Shown here in pieces: positions 1 to 9,250 of a stretch of DNA of 64,000 bases; position 1 is the stretch's first letter; every line of letters starts with the position of its first letter. The notes beneath the pieces were generated by a model. The model made no database searches. It saw only the letters and a program-made list of their open reading frames with translations, and was not told the DNA's origin. The translations under genes and the position numbers were made by a program. This DNA comes from Acidimicrobiia bacterium (GTDB lineage Bacteria; Actinomycetota; Acidimicrobiia; Spongiisociales; ZC4RG35): NCBI GenBank assembly GCA_965203555.1, contig CBDBCY010000004.1:2688001-2752000 (forward strand), in the 5' to 3' direction.

Positions 1-194
1 TTGCCCGACACGCCTGCTTCCACCATCTTGAGTTCTTCGACCAACAGACCGGAGAGCTCATCGTCGTCCTCGTCTTCGTCGTCTTCGTCCTCCAATAGAG
101 GATCGTCGTCGGCGAACGGGTCTTCCCACCCGAACTCTTCCTTGAGGTCGCGGTCGTCCTCATATTCTTTTTCGAAAGTCTTGGAGAGTCTCAC
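1..194 (-). CDS. N-terminal part of a protein with a very acidic N-terminus (runs off window)
   Basis: GTG at 194 with AGGAGG ~11 nt upstream; translates MRLSKTFEKEYEDDRDLKEEFGWEDPFADDDPLLEDEDDEDEDDDELSGLLVEELKMVEAGVSG...; open to window edge. Function not determinable. Confidence 0.6.
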   Translation of the reverse strand, partial: MRLSKTFEKEYEDDRDLKEEFGWEDPFADDDPLLEDEDDEDEDDDELSGLLVEELKMVEAGVSG

Positions 195-343
195 AGCGAC
201 AGGCGCCTCCTGCTCGTAAAACGGTTCGACCCCTGGAATCGGTGCGGAAGTATAGAGCGCGTGTTTCGCATCGCGACGGAATTACTTGTCGTTTCATGCA
301 GGGGGCCGAATGCCGTCGGTATTTCCGCGCCCGGCGGCCCTAG

Positions 344-2155
344 GAGGCTGCTGATTTATTCGGGTGGGTGAGATGCTTGGTTTGGGGGGTGGGGTGTGGG
401 ATAATTTTGGGGTATGTTGGGTGTTGAACGTTTTGATCGAGAGTTGTTGGACGCGATGGCGGTGTGTGGTGATCTGGTTCCGGAGGGGTCGGTTTACCGG
501 TTTTTGGCCGAGCATCGAACTGGGGTGTTCCCGGATGGGTTGTTCGAGGATTTGTTCGGGCCGAAGGGTCGTCCGTCGGTTCCGGGGTCGGTGGTGGCGA
601 CGGTGATGGTGTTACAGGCTTTGGAGGGCCTGTCCGATCGGGAGGCTATCGGTCGGTTGCGGTGTGATATTCGTTGGAAAGCCGCAGCGGGATTGTCGCT
701 GGTGGATGGGGGGTTTCATCCCACGGTGTTGACGCTGTGGCGGGCGAGACTACGCAAAAGTGAGAGACCGGAGCGGATCTTCGACGCGGTTAGGAAGGTG
801 GTGGACGAAACGGGGATTTTGAGAGGTCGTCGCAGGCGGGTGTTGGACTCTACGATTTTGGATGATGCGGTGGTCACGCAGGACACGGTGACGATGATCT
901 GTGCCCAGATTCGCAAGGTTCGCCGTTTGATATCCCAGGCGCGGCAGGTGGTGTTGTCTCGTGATTATGAACAGGCCGGTAAGCCGTCGTGTGATTGGTA
1001 GGATCCGCAGAGTCGTTCCAACCTGATCGACGGTCTGGTCTCCGACGGGCAGGCGGTGTTGGACGCGGTCAAAGATGTTGATTTGGATGCTGGGCAGTCG
1101 GAGGCGGTGGGGTTGTTGGGGGTGGTGGTCGGCCAGGATGTGGAACCGGACCCCGACCGGGAGGGCAGATGGCGTATCGCTCGGCGGGTGGCTTCGGATC
1201 GGACGATCTCGGTGGTCGACCCGCAGGCTCGTCACGGACGCAAAACATCGTCGCAGCGTCGCGACGGTTACAAGGCTCACATAGCGGCCGAACCGGAGAC
1301 GGAGATCATCACCGTCGTTGAGGTCACCGCTGCGAACACCCCCGACGGGGAGACCGGCGCGAGAATGCTGCAAAAAGACAAACCAGCTGGCACGGACGAC
1401 ACCCACGAACCGGCTGGCATGGATGATCCGGCTGGTGTGGACGATCCGGCTGGGGTGGAGGTCATCGCTGATTCGGCGTACGGGTCGGGCGAGGTCCGCG
1501 CCAAGTTGGAAAAGGCCGGGTATACCACCACTGTGAAACCGATACCTTTGCGTCGTAACCATCGGTTGGGCAGTGACCAGTTCACCCGGGACGATTTCGA
1601 GGTGGATCACGACCGAAAACAGATCACCTGCCCGGCCGGGATAACGGTGAACATCAGCCCCAAAGGCTGGGCACGGTTCGCAAAACACTGCACCGATTGT
1701 GGTTTGCGGAGTCGTTGCACCACCAACCGACGGGGACGCCAGATGCAGATCCACCCCCATGACCGGTTACTGGTCCAAGCCCGCCGAAAATGGAAAGATC
1801 CCCCCACCAAACACCGGTACAACAAGTACCGGCCGACGGTCGAGCGGCTGATCGCTCACTTGGTTGCCAACGGCCACCGCAAACTCCGCTACCGGGGCAC
1901 CACCCGAAACCGACAACAACTACACACCCGCGCAGCGGCGATCAACCTGCGCAGGCTCATCAACCTCGGACTGCACCCCACCAACACCGAAAGGGGCCAC
2001 CAACCCGATCTAAAACCCGGGGAACCCCACCAGAGAACAATCAAACACTGGAGAACACCGGCCACCACCCCCCAGAACCGGCGCGCCCACCGCGCCGCTT
2101 TCGAGATCAAGCCCAGTGACCCACCACCACCCCAACACCAATACTCAGCAGCCTC
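344..2155 (+). mobile_element. IS1182-like insertion sequence
   Basis: Terminal inverted repeats GAGGCTGCTGA (344-354) / TCAGCAGCCTC (2145-2155), flanked by CTAG direct repeats (340-343, 2156-2159); encloses a transposase. Confidence 0.85.
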
Positions 2156-2159
2156 CTAG
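414..2159 (+). pseudogene. IS1182-family DDE transposase with in-frame TAG at 999-1001
   Basis: ORFs 414-1001 and 1056-2159 share a frame; DUF772-like N-terminus (GRPSVP..LSDREA), VLDST, SVVDPQARHGRK..DGYKAH, ADSAYG, TCPAG..C..C..C, RPTVER motifs. Confidence 0.85.
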
Positions 2160-4705
2160 AGGGGCAGATGAGGGGCCACCACACCGCGGTCTATCCGGCG
2201 GAGGGCGGCGCGGGCCGAACCTGAAATCGGGGGGAAAGCATCCCGAAGCTGTTTCAACAGGTCCACCAGTTGACGGGCGGTCCTGACGAAGTCTCCAGGG
2301 GTTTGCCCGCTGTCCACCATCTCGAAAAGGGAGGCGCCGCCTGCCCATCGGTACATGTCGGCGACGCACCCCGGCTCGGGGAATGGTGAGGGATCGATGC
2401 GCCGTTTCGATTCTGCCCGGTTTAGCCTTTCCGTCAAGTCAACCAGTCTCTCCCAGCGGCCGGCCAGTTCGGAGGTGGGCCAAGGCGAGGAGGGAGGAGA
2501 GGTGTTGCGGGGGTCGTAGACGAAGACCGACCCTAAAGCGGCGGTTTCTTCAGGGCTCAGGTCGTCGAACAGACCGTTGATCACTGATTCCGATATCAGT
2601 AGGTCCCTTTCGTTGTAGACCAGCCGAAGGCGTTCTCCGGCACGGGTGACATTCCATCCCGACAGGTAGCCCCACTCTTCCATCAGTCCCTTGACCGACG
2701 CGAAGCGACCCTCCAGTCCCATGGTGGCCCAGGCGCCGTCCCTTTGGAGTTGCTTGAGCCGTCGGCGGGTTCGAATCGCCCTGCGGGCCTTGCGCAGGTG
2801 GAAGTCGAGATCAGGGCAACCGGCTACCGGATGTTCATCCAGCCTGGGTCCCCGTCCCGATCGGGGGAAGGAAGTGTTCTTGCGGGACAGGCGACGGAGC
2901 CGGGCGGCCATCTCCCGGTTGAGGGCGCGGTTATCGGAGTGGCGTCGTTTGGGTACGGCCAGATGCCCTACCCGCACCGTCCCCGCCACCAACTCTCGGG
3001 CGCCCATCGAGAAGGCCGCGCCCGACTCCGAGACGGCCAGCACCCGAGGGGCCTTGGAGCGTCGTGCGATCCGGCGCATAACCACGTAACGGCCGGACCG
3101 GCGACCGGAGGGGACTTCCAAGACGTCCCCGATTCGCAAAGTGTTGAAAAGCCCGCCGGCGTTGGCGCTCCCTTTGCGAAGCAGTTCCAGGTAGTCGAAA
3201 ACCGAACCTCTCTCGCACATACTGTCGCGCTCTTCCTGTTCCAGCCGCTTGGAAAGTTTGTCCGCCAAGCGCTTCTCGGTTTCGAGTCTGGAGACCTGCT
3301 GAAAGTTGGCGAACGAGGCCGAAAGCAGATCCGAAGCCAGTTCGGCGGGATAGTTGGCAACCAAGTTGGCAACCATGTTGTAGGTGATGCGGAAGCTTGA
3401 CACCAGCGGATGAGCGCCCGTACCTGCTGCTTTCACTACTTCCTGGAAGGGCACGTAGCGGGAGTAGAGCACCACTGCGAAACCCTCGGTGTCTATTCCC
3501 CGTCGACCGGCCCGGCCGGTGAGTTGCGTGTAGTCCCCCGGCGCCAAAGCCTCATGGGTCTCCCCGGTGAATTTGGTGAGTGATTCCAGTACCACCGTGC
3601 GAGCCGGCATGTTTATACCCAGCGCCAGGGTTTCGGTGGCAAAAACGACTCCAAGCAGTCCGGCGGCGAACAGTTCTTCCGTTGCCTCCTTGAATGCCGG
3701 AACCATTCCGGCGTGATGAGCCGCCACCCCGGATTCGAGGCGATCCAACCACTCCGCGTAGTTGAGAGCCTGCAGGTCCATGTCGGAGAGATGGGCGGTG
3801 TGGGACTCGGCTGTGGAGCGGATCGTTCGGCGGTTCTCGGGGGAGGTGAGCCGGATGCCGGCGTTGGTAACTGTGGAGGCGGCTGCCTCGCAACCCGCCC
3901 GCGAAAAGATGAAATAGATGGCGGGAAGAAGACCATCGGTGGCCAGGGCATCCACCACCTGGGCCCGGCGTGGCGCCGAGAATCTCCTACGGTTGCGCCC
4001 GCCGGCCAGAAGGGACATGATTCTCGGATTGGGCTTTCTTCTTCCCTCCATCTGCACGAACATGGGAAGGAGTCGAAAGTGCTGAGGGCCGAAGCGATCA
4101 CGCAGCGCATAGAAGTCCCGTAGTGGCACCGGTCGTCGGGTGGCCCGTACCAGCCGGGTCTTTCCCCTGCGTTGGCGGACCCATCCGGCGAACTCGGAGG
4201 TGTTGGAAACCGTTGCCGAGAGGCACACCATCTGCAGCCGCGGCGGAGCGTGAATGATGATCTCCTCCCACACCGCCCCTCGCGAACGGTCGGCCAGGTA
4301 ATGCACTTCATCCAAAATGGCCACCCCGACACCCGACAGCCGGTCGGGGTCGGTGTAGAGCATGTTACGCAGCACCTCGGCTGTCATCACCACTACCGGC
4401 GCTTCCCCTCGGATGGCGTTGTCCCCGGTAAGGAGACCTACTCTTTCGCTGCCGTAGTGGGAGCACAGATCGTTGTACTTCTGGTTGGAAAGAGCCTTGA
4501 TGGGTGTCGTGTAGAAAGCCCGCAACCCCTGGGCCAAAGCCAGGTGGATGGCGGCTTCCGCCACCAGTGTCTTACCGGCGCCGGTGGGGGCCGTCACCAC
4601 CACATTGAACCCTTTCTCCAGCGCCTCCGCCGCCTCGGTCTGGAAAGAGTCGGGTTCGAAAGGCAGACGATCCAGGAATTGGCGGCTGATCGGCGCCTGG
4701 TTCAT
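2156..4705 (-). CDS. helY: DEAD/DEAH-box (Ski2-like) RNA helicase HelY
   Basis: APTGAGKT, PIKALSNQK, DEVH, LSAT, GRAGRRG motifs; start MNQAP overlaps tatC stop (ATGA); tatC-helY synteny typical of Actinobacteria. Confidence 0.9.
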   Translation of the reverse strand: MNQAPISRQFLDRLPFEPDSFQTEAAEALEKGFNVVVTAPTGAGKTLVAEAAIHLALAQGLRAFYTTPIKALSNQKYNDLCSHYGSERVGLLTGDNAIRGEAPVVVMTAEVLRNMLYTDPDRLSGVGVAILDEVHYLADRSRGAVWEEIIIHAPPRLQMVCLSATVSNTSEFAGWVRQRRGKTRLVRATRRPVPLRDFYALRDRFGPQHFRLLPMFVQMEGRRKPNPRIMSLLAGGRNRRRFSAPRRAQVVDALATDGLLPAIYFIFSRAGCEAAASTVTNAGIRLTSPENRRTIRSTAESHTAHLSDMDLQALNYAEWLDRLESGVAAHHAGMVPAFKEATEELFAAGLLGVVFATETLALGINMPARTVVLESLTKFTGETHEALAPGDYTQLTGRAGRRGIDTEGFAVVLYSRYVPFQEVVKAAGTGAHPLVSSFRITYNMVANLVANYPAELASDLLSASFANFQQVSRLETEKRLADKLSKRLEQEERDSMCERGSVFDYLELLRKGSANAGGLFNTLRIGDVLEVPSGRRSGRYVVMRRIARRSKAPRVLAVSESGAAFSMGARELVAGTVRVGHLAVPKRRHSDNRALNREMAARLRRLSRKNTSFPRSGRGPRLDEHPVAGCPDLDFHLRKARRAIRTRRRLKQLQRDGAWATMGLEGRFASVKGLMEEWGYLSGWNVTRAGERLRLVYNERDLLISESVINGLFDDLSPEETAALGSVFVYDPRNTSPPSSPWPTSELAGRWERLVDLTERLNRAESKRRIDPSPFPEPGCVADMYRWAGGASLFEMVDSGQTPGDFVRTARQLVDLLKQLRDAFPPISGSARAALRRIDRGVVAPHLPL

Positions 4706-5421
4706 TTTCTGAGCACTAGCCGCACCAGCCAGTAGGTGATTTCGTAGAACGCATACAGCGGTACGGACAGCATGGCCAGGGTGAGCACATCTCCGGTGGG
4801 GGTGATGATCGCCGCTCCGGTCACCACCAACAGCACGGCCCACCTCCTTCCACGGGCCAACTGCTTGGAAGTGACGAGGTTGGCGGCGGCGGCGGTGAAC
4901 AGGAAGACCGGGTAGAGAAAGGAGATCCCGAACGCCAGCAGAAAACGGATGGCGAATGAGAAATAGTCGGTGAGGCGGAGATTGTTCGCCACGTCCTCGA
5001 AGATGCCCAGCAGGAAGGCAAGACCGCGACCCATCGTCTGGTAGCCCACCGCCACCCCGGCGCAGAACAGAATCGTGCAGGAGAGCACGATTGGTATCGC
5101 CCACTTCTTCTCCCGGCGAGTGAGAGCGGGAGTAATGAACATCCAGACCTGGTAGATGACCACCGGGCTGGCAAGAATTGCTCCGCCGAAGAAAGCAATC
5201 TTCATTAGCACGGAGAACTCCTCGGTGGGCGCCAGCACCTGCAAGGTGTTCTCTTCGCCGGGAAAGGCGCGGTCGTAGGGGAGTTGAAGGAGGTCCTTTA
5301 TCCAGACGCCAAAGATAAGGGCGACAATCGCGCCGATCAGGACGGCCGCCGCCGACTTGACCAACCTCCACCGCAATTCGTTGAGGTGGGAAAGAAGCGG
5401 CTGGCGACTTTCGTCGCTCAT
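4702..5421 (-). CDS. tatC: Twin-arginine translocase subunit TatC
   Basis: QPLLSHLNELRWRL, YQVWMFITPALT, IITPTGD..L..YEI; multiple TM helices. Confidence 0.95.
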   Translation of the reverse strand: MSDESRQPLLSHLNELRWRLVKSAAAVLIGAIVALIFGVWIKDLLQLPYDRAFPGEENTLQVLAPTEEFSVLMKIAFFGGAILASPVVIYQVWMFITPALTRREKKWAIPIVLSCTILFCAGVAVGYQTMGRGLAFLLGIFEDVANNLRLTDYFSFAIRFLLAFGISFLYPVFLFTAAAANLVTSKQLARGRRWAVLLVVTGAAIITPTGDVLTLAMLSVPLYAFYEITYWLVRLVLRK

Positions 5422-5903
5422 GACCGCTGATCCGGCTCTGTGGTTTCAGGAGATCCTTCCGCAGGCGCCTGATCGGCGCCGGCCGAGGCCGGATCGCCGG
5501 GGATAGAAGCGTTGGCCGGTTCGGCTTTGTCGGGTTCGTCGGTTTCCTCGGGGGGTGAGTCCTCACCTGACGGGTCAACTGACCGGGCAGAACGCTCGCT
5601 TCCCGCCTTGGTGTCGGTCGGACTGGCCAGCGGGGGAGGGGACCGCAGTGCCTTTTCAGATTCGGAAAAGGAGGTTCGCAGTTCCTTGCCGGCGTCTTTG
5701 GTGGTCGTCATCACCTCTTTGGCGGCCTCCCGCACTTCTTCCACTGCCAGTTCTTTTTCTATGCCCTCCCGAAGCTCCCGGGCAGCAACCCGGAACTCGG
5801 CCATCATCTTGCCGGCCCTGCGCGCCATGGCGGGCAGACGATGGGGGCCGAATACCACCATCGCCACCAGCAGGATTACCAGAACTTCATTCCACTCAGG
5901 CAT
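5418..5903 (-). CDS. tatB: TatB (TatA/B family) translocase subunit
   Basis: EVLVILLVAMVVFGPHRLP..R motif, amphipathic helix, long disordered tail; ATGA overlap with tatC. Confidence 0.8.
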   Translation of the reverse strand: MPEWNEVLVILLVAMVVFGPHRLPAMARRAGKMMAEFRVAARELREGIEKELAVEEVREAAKEVMTTTKDAGKELRTSFSESEKALRSPPPLASPTDTKAGSERSARSVDPSGEDSPPEETDEPDKAEPANASIPGDPASAGADQAPAEGSPETTEPDQRS

Positions 5904-6030
5904 GGATTCCCAATGCTATAGGTTTTGAAAGTCCCCGTCGGGCGTCGGAGCCGATACGCAGGGTGTTTGTGGGTGGGCCGCAGGTCAGCCGTAAGAGGGG
6001 GAGGATGCGCTTTTCGGTAGGGCGTGAAAG

Positions 6031-6798
6031 CTACCGTCCCGACCAAACCGCGGTTCGTTTCTCCACAAAGGCTCGGATGCCCTCCTGGGCGTCCTCGGTG
6101 AGCAGGGTTGCGGTGAGCCCGCCGGCCAGGTAATCCAGCCCCGCGTCTATTCCCAGGTCGGTGACCATCCAGAAGGCGTCCTTTCCCAGTTGCAGGGCAG
6201 CCGGACTCTGGGAGGTCAGGGCCTTGGCGGTTTCCGACACCGCATGGTCGAGTTGGTCGGGCTGTACAACCCGGGAGACCGCTCCCAGCGTCACTGCCTC
6301 GGCGGGGGTCAGCAACCTCCCGGTCATCATCATTTCGAGCAGCGCCCGGCGAGGAATGGTTCGAGCCAGGACGGCTGAGATGAGCATCGGCCAGACCCCG
6401 ACTCTCACTTCGGGAGTTCCCAGCTTGGCGTCTTCGACGCAGATGACTATGTCGCAGGCGCACATCAGACCGAAACCTCCTCCCAGGGCGTGGCCGTTCA
6501 CTCTGGCTATGGTGGGCTTTCCTCCCCGGATCATCAGCCGGAAGAGGTCTGCCAGCGCGCCTCGTTCACGGTGCATCCCCACTGGAGAGTCGAATATCCC
6601 CCCGTCCAGGTCGGCGCCCGCGCAGAACGACCGGTCTCCGGCCCCGGTGTAGACCAGCACCCTCACTGCGGGGTCCTCCAAGGCTTGGCGGGTATGGGAC
6701 AGCAGTCCTTCCAGGGTCTTCACCGATAGCGGGTTTCGACGACGAGGCTGGTTGATGGTGAGGGTGGCCCGCCCTTCGCTCACTTCATAACGAACCAT
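6031..6798 (-). CDS. Enoyl-CoA hydratase/isomerase family protein
   Basis: LTINQPRRRNPLS, FCAGADL, NGHALGGG, PEVRVG, EDAQEGIRAFVEKR; start trimmed to ATG at 6798. Confidence 0.9.
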   Translation of the reverse strand: MVRYEVSEGRATLTINQPRRRNPLSVKTLEGLLSHTRQALEDPAVRVLVYTGAGDRSFCAGADLDGGIFDSPVGMHRERGALADLFRLMIRGGKPTIARVNGHALGGGFGLMCACDIVICVEDAKLGTPEVRVGVWPMLISAVLARTIPRRALLEMMMTGRLLTPAEAVTLGAVSRVVQPDQLDHAVSETAKALTSQSPAALQLGKDAFWMVTDLGIDAGLDYLAGGLTATLLTEDAQEGIRAFVEKRTAVWSGR

Positions 6799-7204
6799 GG
6801 TGTCCCCTTCCGGTAGACATTGCGGAGAATAGGCCTTCAGTATGCCTCGCCGAGGGTTCCGATGATGAAACAGACTCGGGGGCAGGAGAGCAGCCACCCT
6901 CCAAATATCAGGCGCGCCCTGGCTGCAGCGATGGGTCAGAAGGTTCGCAGCGGCAGTATTGTCCAGCGAAACAGGAGGCGTCAACCTCTATGGAGCAATT
7001 TTAGAGGATATTTGCATATTGTGCGGTGGGCAAGAGGGTCTTTTCTCGACAGGGAAGAGAAGACTGGTTGGCCTTGGTCCCGGCCGCAGTACCCTTCACT
7101 GCAGTGGATAAGGGGAAAAGGACAAAGGCGGTTGGGCGCGCCTCGGCCCCAGCCGCAGCTACTGAATACCGCCGTGAAAGGCGATTTGGAGGTAACCGGG
7201 GCAA

Positions 7205-7870
7205 ATGGCTTTGATAATGCTGATCCGGCACGGCCGGACATCGGGCAACTCTTCGGGCCGGTTTATCGGTCAGTACGACGAGCCTCTGGATGAGGAGGGA
7301 AGGCGGCAGGCCGGCCTGCTGGCGCCCCGCTTGACGCGGTTCGAACCGGATCGGGCGATATCGAGCGATCTGAAGCGATGCACCCAGACTATGGCGCCTT
7401 TCGCGGCCGCATCGGGGATGCGGATCGAGACCGATCCGGGGTTGCGGGAAGTGGGTGATGGAGAGTGGACCAACATGAGTCCGGAGCGACTTTGGGAGGG
7501 GTGGCCGGACTTGATGGAGCGCTACGCGAAAGGAGAGGACGTGCCTCGTCCGGGCGGAGAACGATGGTCTGACGTCCGCCGCCGGGTGCTGGCGTCCTTG
7601 TCACGAATTGTTGGCGAGATGACGCCCGAGGAGAAGGTGGTTATCTGCACCCATGCCGGTCCCTCCATGCTGATCTCCGCTTGGGTAACGGGAACGGATC
7701 TTCCGGGCAACATCTTCCTGGGGCCGCTTCATCCTCCTGCCAACGCTTCCATCACCATTCTCGATCCTCACAGGCCGGCCTTGATCACTTATAACGAAAC
7801 CTGCCACTTGTCACCGAGAGGCCGCTTTCGGGAAGATCGCCGCTCGGGAGCAGCCCTGGTTCGGGAGTAA
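7205..7870 (+). CDS. Histidine phosphatase (phosphoglycerate mutase) family protein
   Basis: LIRHGRT, SSDLKRC, LREVGDGEW, CTHAG motifs. Confidence 0.9.
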   Translation: MALIMLIRHGRTSGNSSGRFIGQYDEPLDEEGRRQAGLLAPRLTRFEPDRAISSDLKRCTQTMAPFAAASGMRIETDPGLREVGDGEWTNMSPERLWEGWPDLMERYAKGEDVPRPGGERWSDVRRRVLASLSRIVGEMTPEEKVVICTHAGPSMLISAWVTGTDLPGNIFLGPLHPPANASITILDPHRPALITYNETCHLSPRGRFREDRRSGAALVRE

Positions 7871-7891
7871 CCCCGTCGGCGAGTCGACAGT

Positions 7892-8911
7892 TCAGCCGCC
7901 CTTGATTCCGGCGGCCAATCCGGCCCATTCTTCTTCGGTGAAGATGGCGTCTCCGGCCATGCTGTAGATGCCTACCCGTTGGACCCTCCCCCGGTAACGG
8001 GAGACGATCCCGTCGGCGAGTTCTTCCAGAGGTGCTACCACCGCTACCTCATGAACCACCTCGTCGGGGATGACGTCCGCTATCTGTCGCCACTCTCCCC
8101 GTTTGGTCATGGCATTCAGGGTGGGACCGAAGTCCCATCCGTGGCAATCGAGGATGGGAGCGTAGCTGGGGGTGGAGGCGTAGAAAGCGATTTGCTGCTT
8201 CACAGGTCGCACCAGACGTTCCATCTCCTCTTCGTCCCGGCCGGTCACGACGAACACCGGTGTGGCCAACTCCACGTCGTCAACGGTGCGTCCGTTCTCC
8301 TCGGCGCCTTTGGCAATGGCGGGCAGCACCACATTGTCAAGGTACTTGGCGGTGTGGAAAGGATGGACGTGGAAACCGTCACAAACCTCCCCGGCCAGCT
8401 TGCTGAGCAGGGGTCCGACTCCGGCGATGTAGATGGGAATCCGGGGCAACTGGTTGGGGCCGGGATTGAAGAAGGGCGTCATCAGCGTGAGTTGGTAGAA
8501 ATCCCCCTTGTATCTCAGTCTGGTGCCGTTCTGGAAGCAATCCCACACCGCCCTGACCGCTGCAATGTAGTCCCGCAGCCGGGCGGTGGGGTGAGACCAT
8601 TCAGTGGAGAAGCGCCGGGTGATGTGTGGCTTTATCTGGGTCCCCAGGCCCAACAGGAATTTGCCGCCCGCCACGATCTGCATGTCCCAGGCGAGTTGTG
8701 CCATCACCATGGGTGATCGGGGAAACGCCAGTGTTATGGCCGGGCCCACTTGCAGGCCGGGTTCGGCCTGGGAAGCCAGACACATCGAGAGAAAAGGCTC
8801 GTGGCTGGTTTCGGCGGTGAAGAAACCATGGTATCCGATCCGGGCAGCCCGGTGGGCGAACTCTGCAGCTGCCGTGGGCGGCAGGTTGGGAAAGTAGTAG
8901 TCGAACTTCAT
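7892..8911 (-). CDS. LLM-class (probably F420-dependent) oxidoreductase
   Basis: AETSHEPF, AFPRSPM, LGLGTQIKPHITRRF, IAFYASTPSY motifs of the actinobacterial F420-LLM subfamily. Confidence 0.85.
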   Translation of the reverse strand: MKFDYYFPNLPPTAAAEFAHRAARIGYHGFFTAETSHEPFLSMCLASQAEPGLQVGPAITLAFPRSPMVMAQLAWDMQIVAGGKFLLGLGTQIKPHITRRFSTEWSHPTARLRDYIAAVRAVWDCFQNGTRLRYKGDFYQLTLMTPFFNPGPNQLPRIPIYIAGVGPLLSKLAGEVCDGFHVHPFHTAKYLDNVVLPAIAKGAEENGRTVDDVELATPVFVVTGRDEEEMERLVRPVKQQIAFYASTPSYAPILDCHGWDFGPTLNAMTKRGEWRQIADVIPDEVVHEVAVVAPLEELADGIVSRYRGRVQRVGIYSMAGDAIFTEEEWAGLAAGIKGG

Positions 8912-8971
8912 AGTCAGTGCCTATTATCTCCGGTCGGTTGCGCCACTCCTGACATTAGACTGATTGTTCCT

Positions 8972-9235
8972 ATGAGAAGAGCATTGAAACTAGCGGTGGT
9001 CGTAGGCGGAATCGGTGCGCTGGCCTGGGGTATGCGCAAGCGGTTCCGCATCGCGATCGGTAGGGGCGAAGCCGCCGATCCCGACTTTCACATCATTGAT
9101 CCAGTGTCGGAGTCAACCACCGACGAGATGCCCGCCGAGGAGATCTCCGACGACGTCGGTGAGGATGACGGTTCTCAAACCTCCTCCGACGATGATCCCC
9201 TTCCCCCGTCCGGCGTCTCCAACGGCGGAAGTTGA
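8972..9235 (+). CDS. Small membrane-anchored hypothetical protein with acidic tail
   Basis: MRRALKLAVVVGGIGALAWGMRKR N-terminal TM segment, D/E-rich C-terminus. Confidence 0.6.
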   Translation: MRRALKLAVVVGGIGALAWGMRKRFRIAIGRGEAADPDFHIIDPVSESTTDEMPAEEISDDVGEDDGSQTSSDDDPLPPSGVSNGGS

Positions 9236-9250
9236 TTCCAGGCCCGACCG

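Noticed and set aside
1-219. Ser-rich plus-strand ORF; also sigma-70 identity for the minus-strand gene
   Set aside because: The plus-strand ORF is the antisense of Asp/Glu codons; too little of the minus-strand protein is visible to name it.
999-1001. In-frame TAG in the transposase (and in vapC at 45792) as amber recoding or pyrrolysine
   Set aside because: Many core genes here (helY, rlmN, metY, nuoH, nuoI) terminate with TAG at the expected position, and the vapC also has a frameshift; nonsense mutation is simpler.
4706-5578. 1140-aa extended helicase in the ORF track
   Set aside because: The N-terminal 291 aa are an alternative frame over tatC/tatB; the real start is the ATG at 4705 overlapping the tatC stop.
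6800-7200. RNase P RNA or tmRNA
   Set aside because: No GAGGAAAGTCC core, and no tRNA-like ends or T-loop on either strand.
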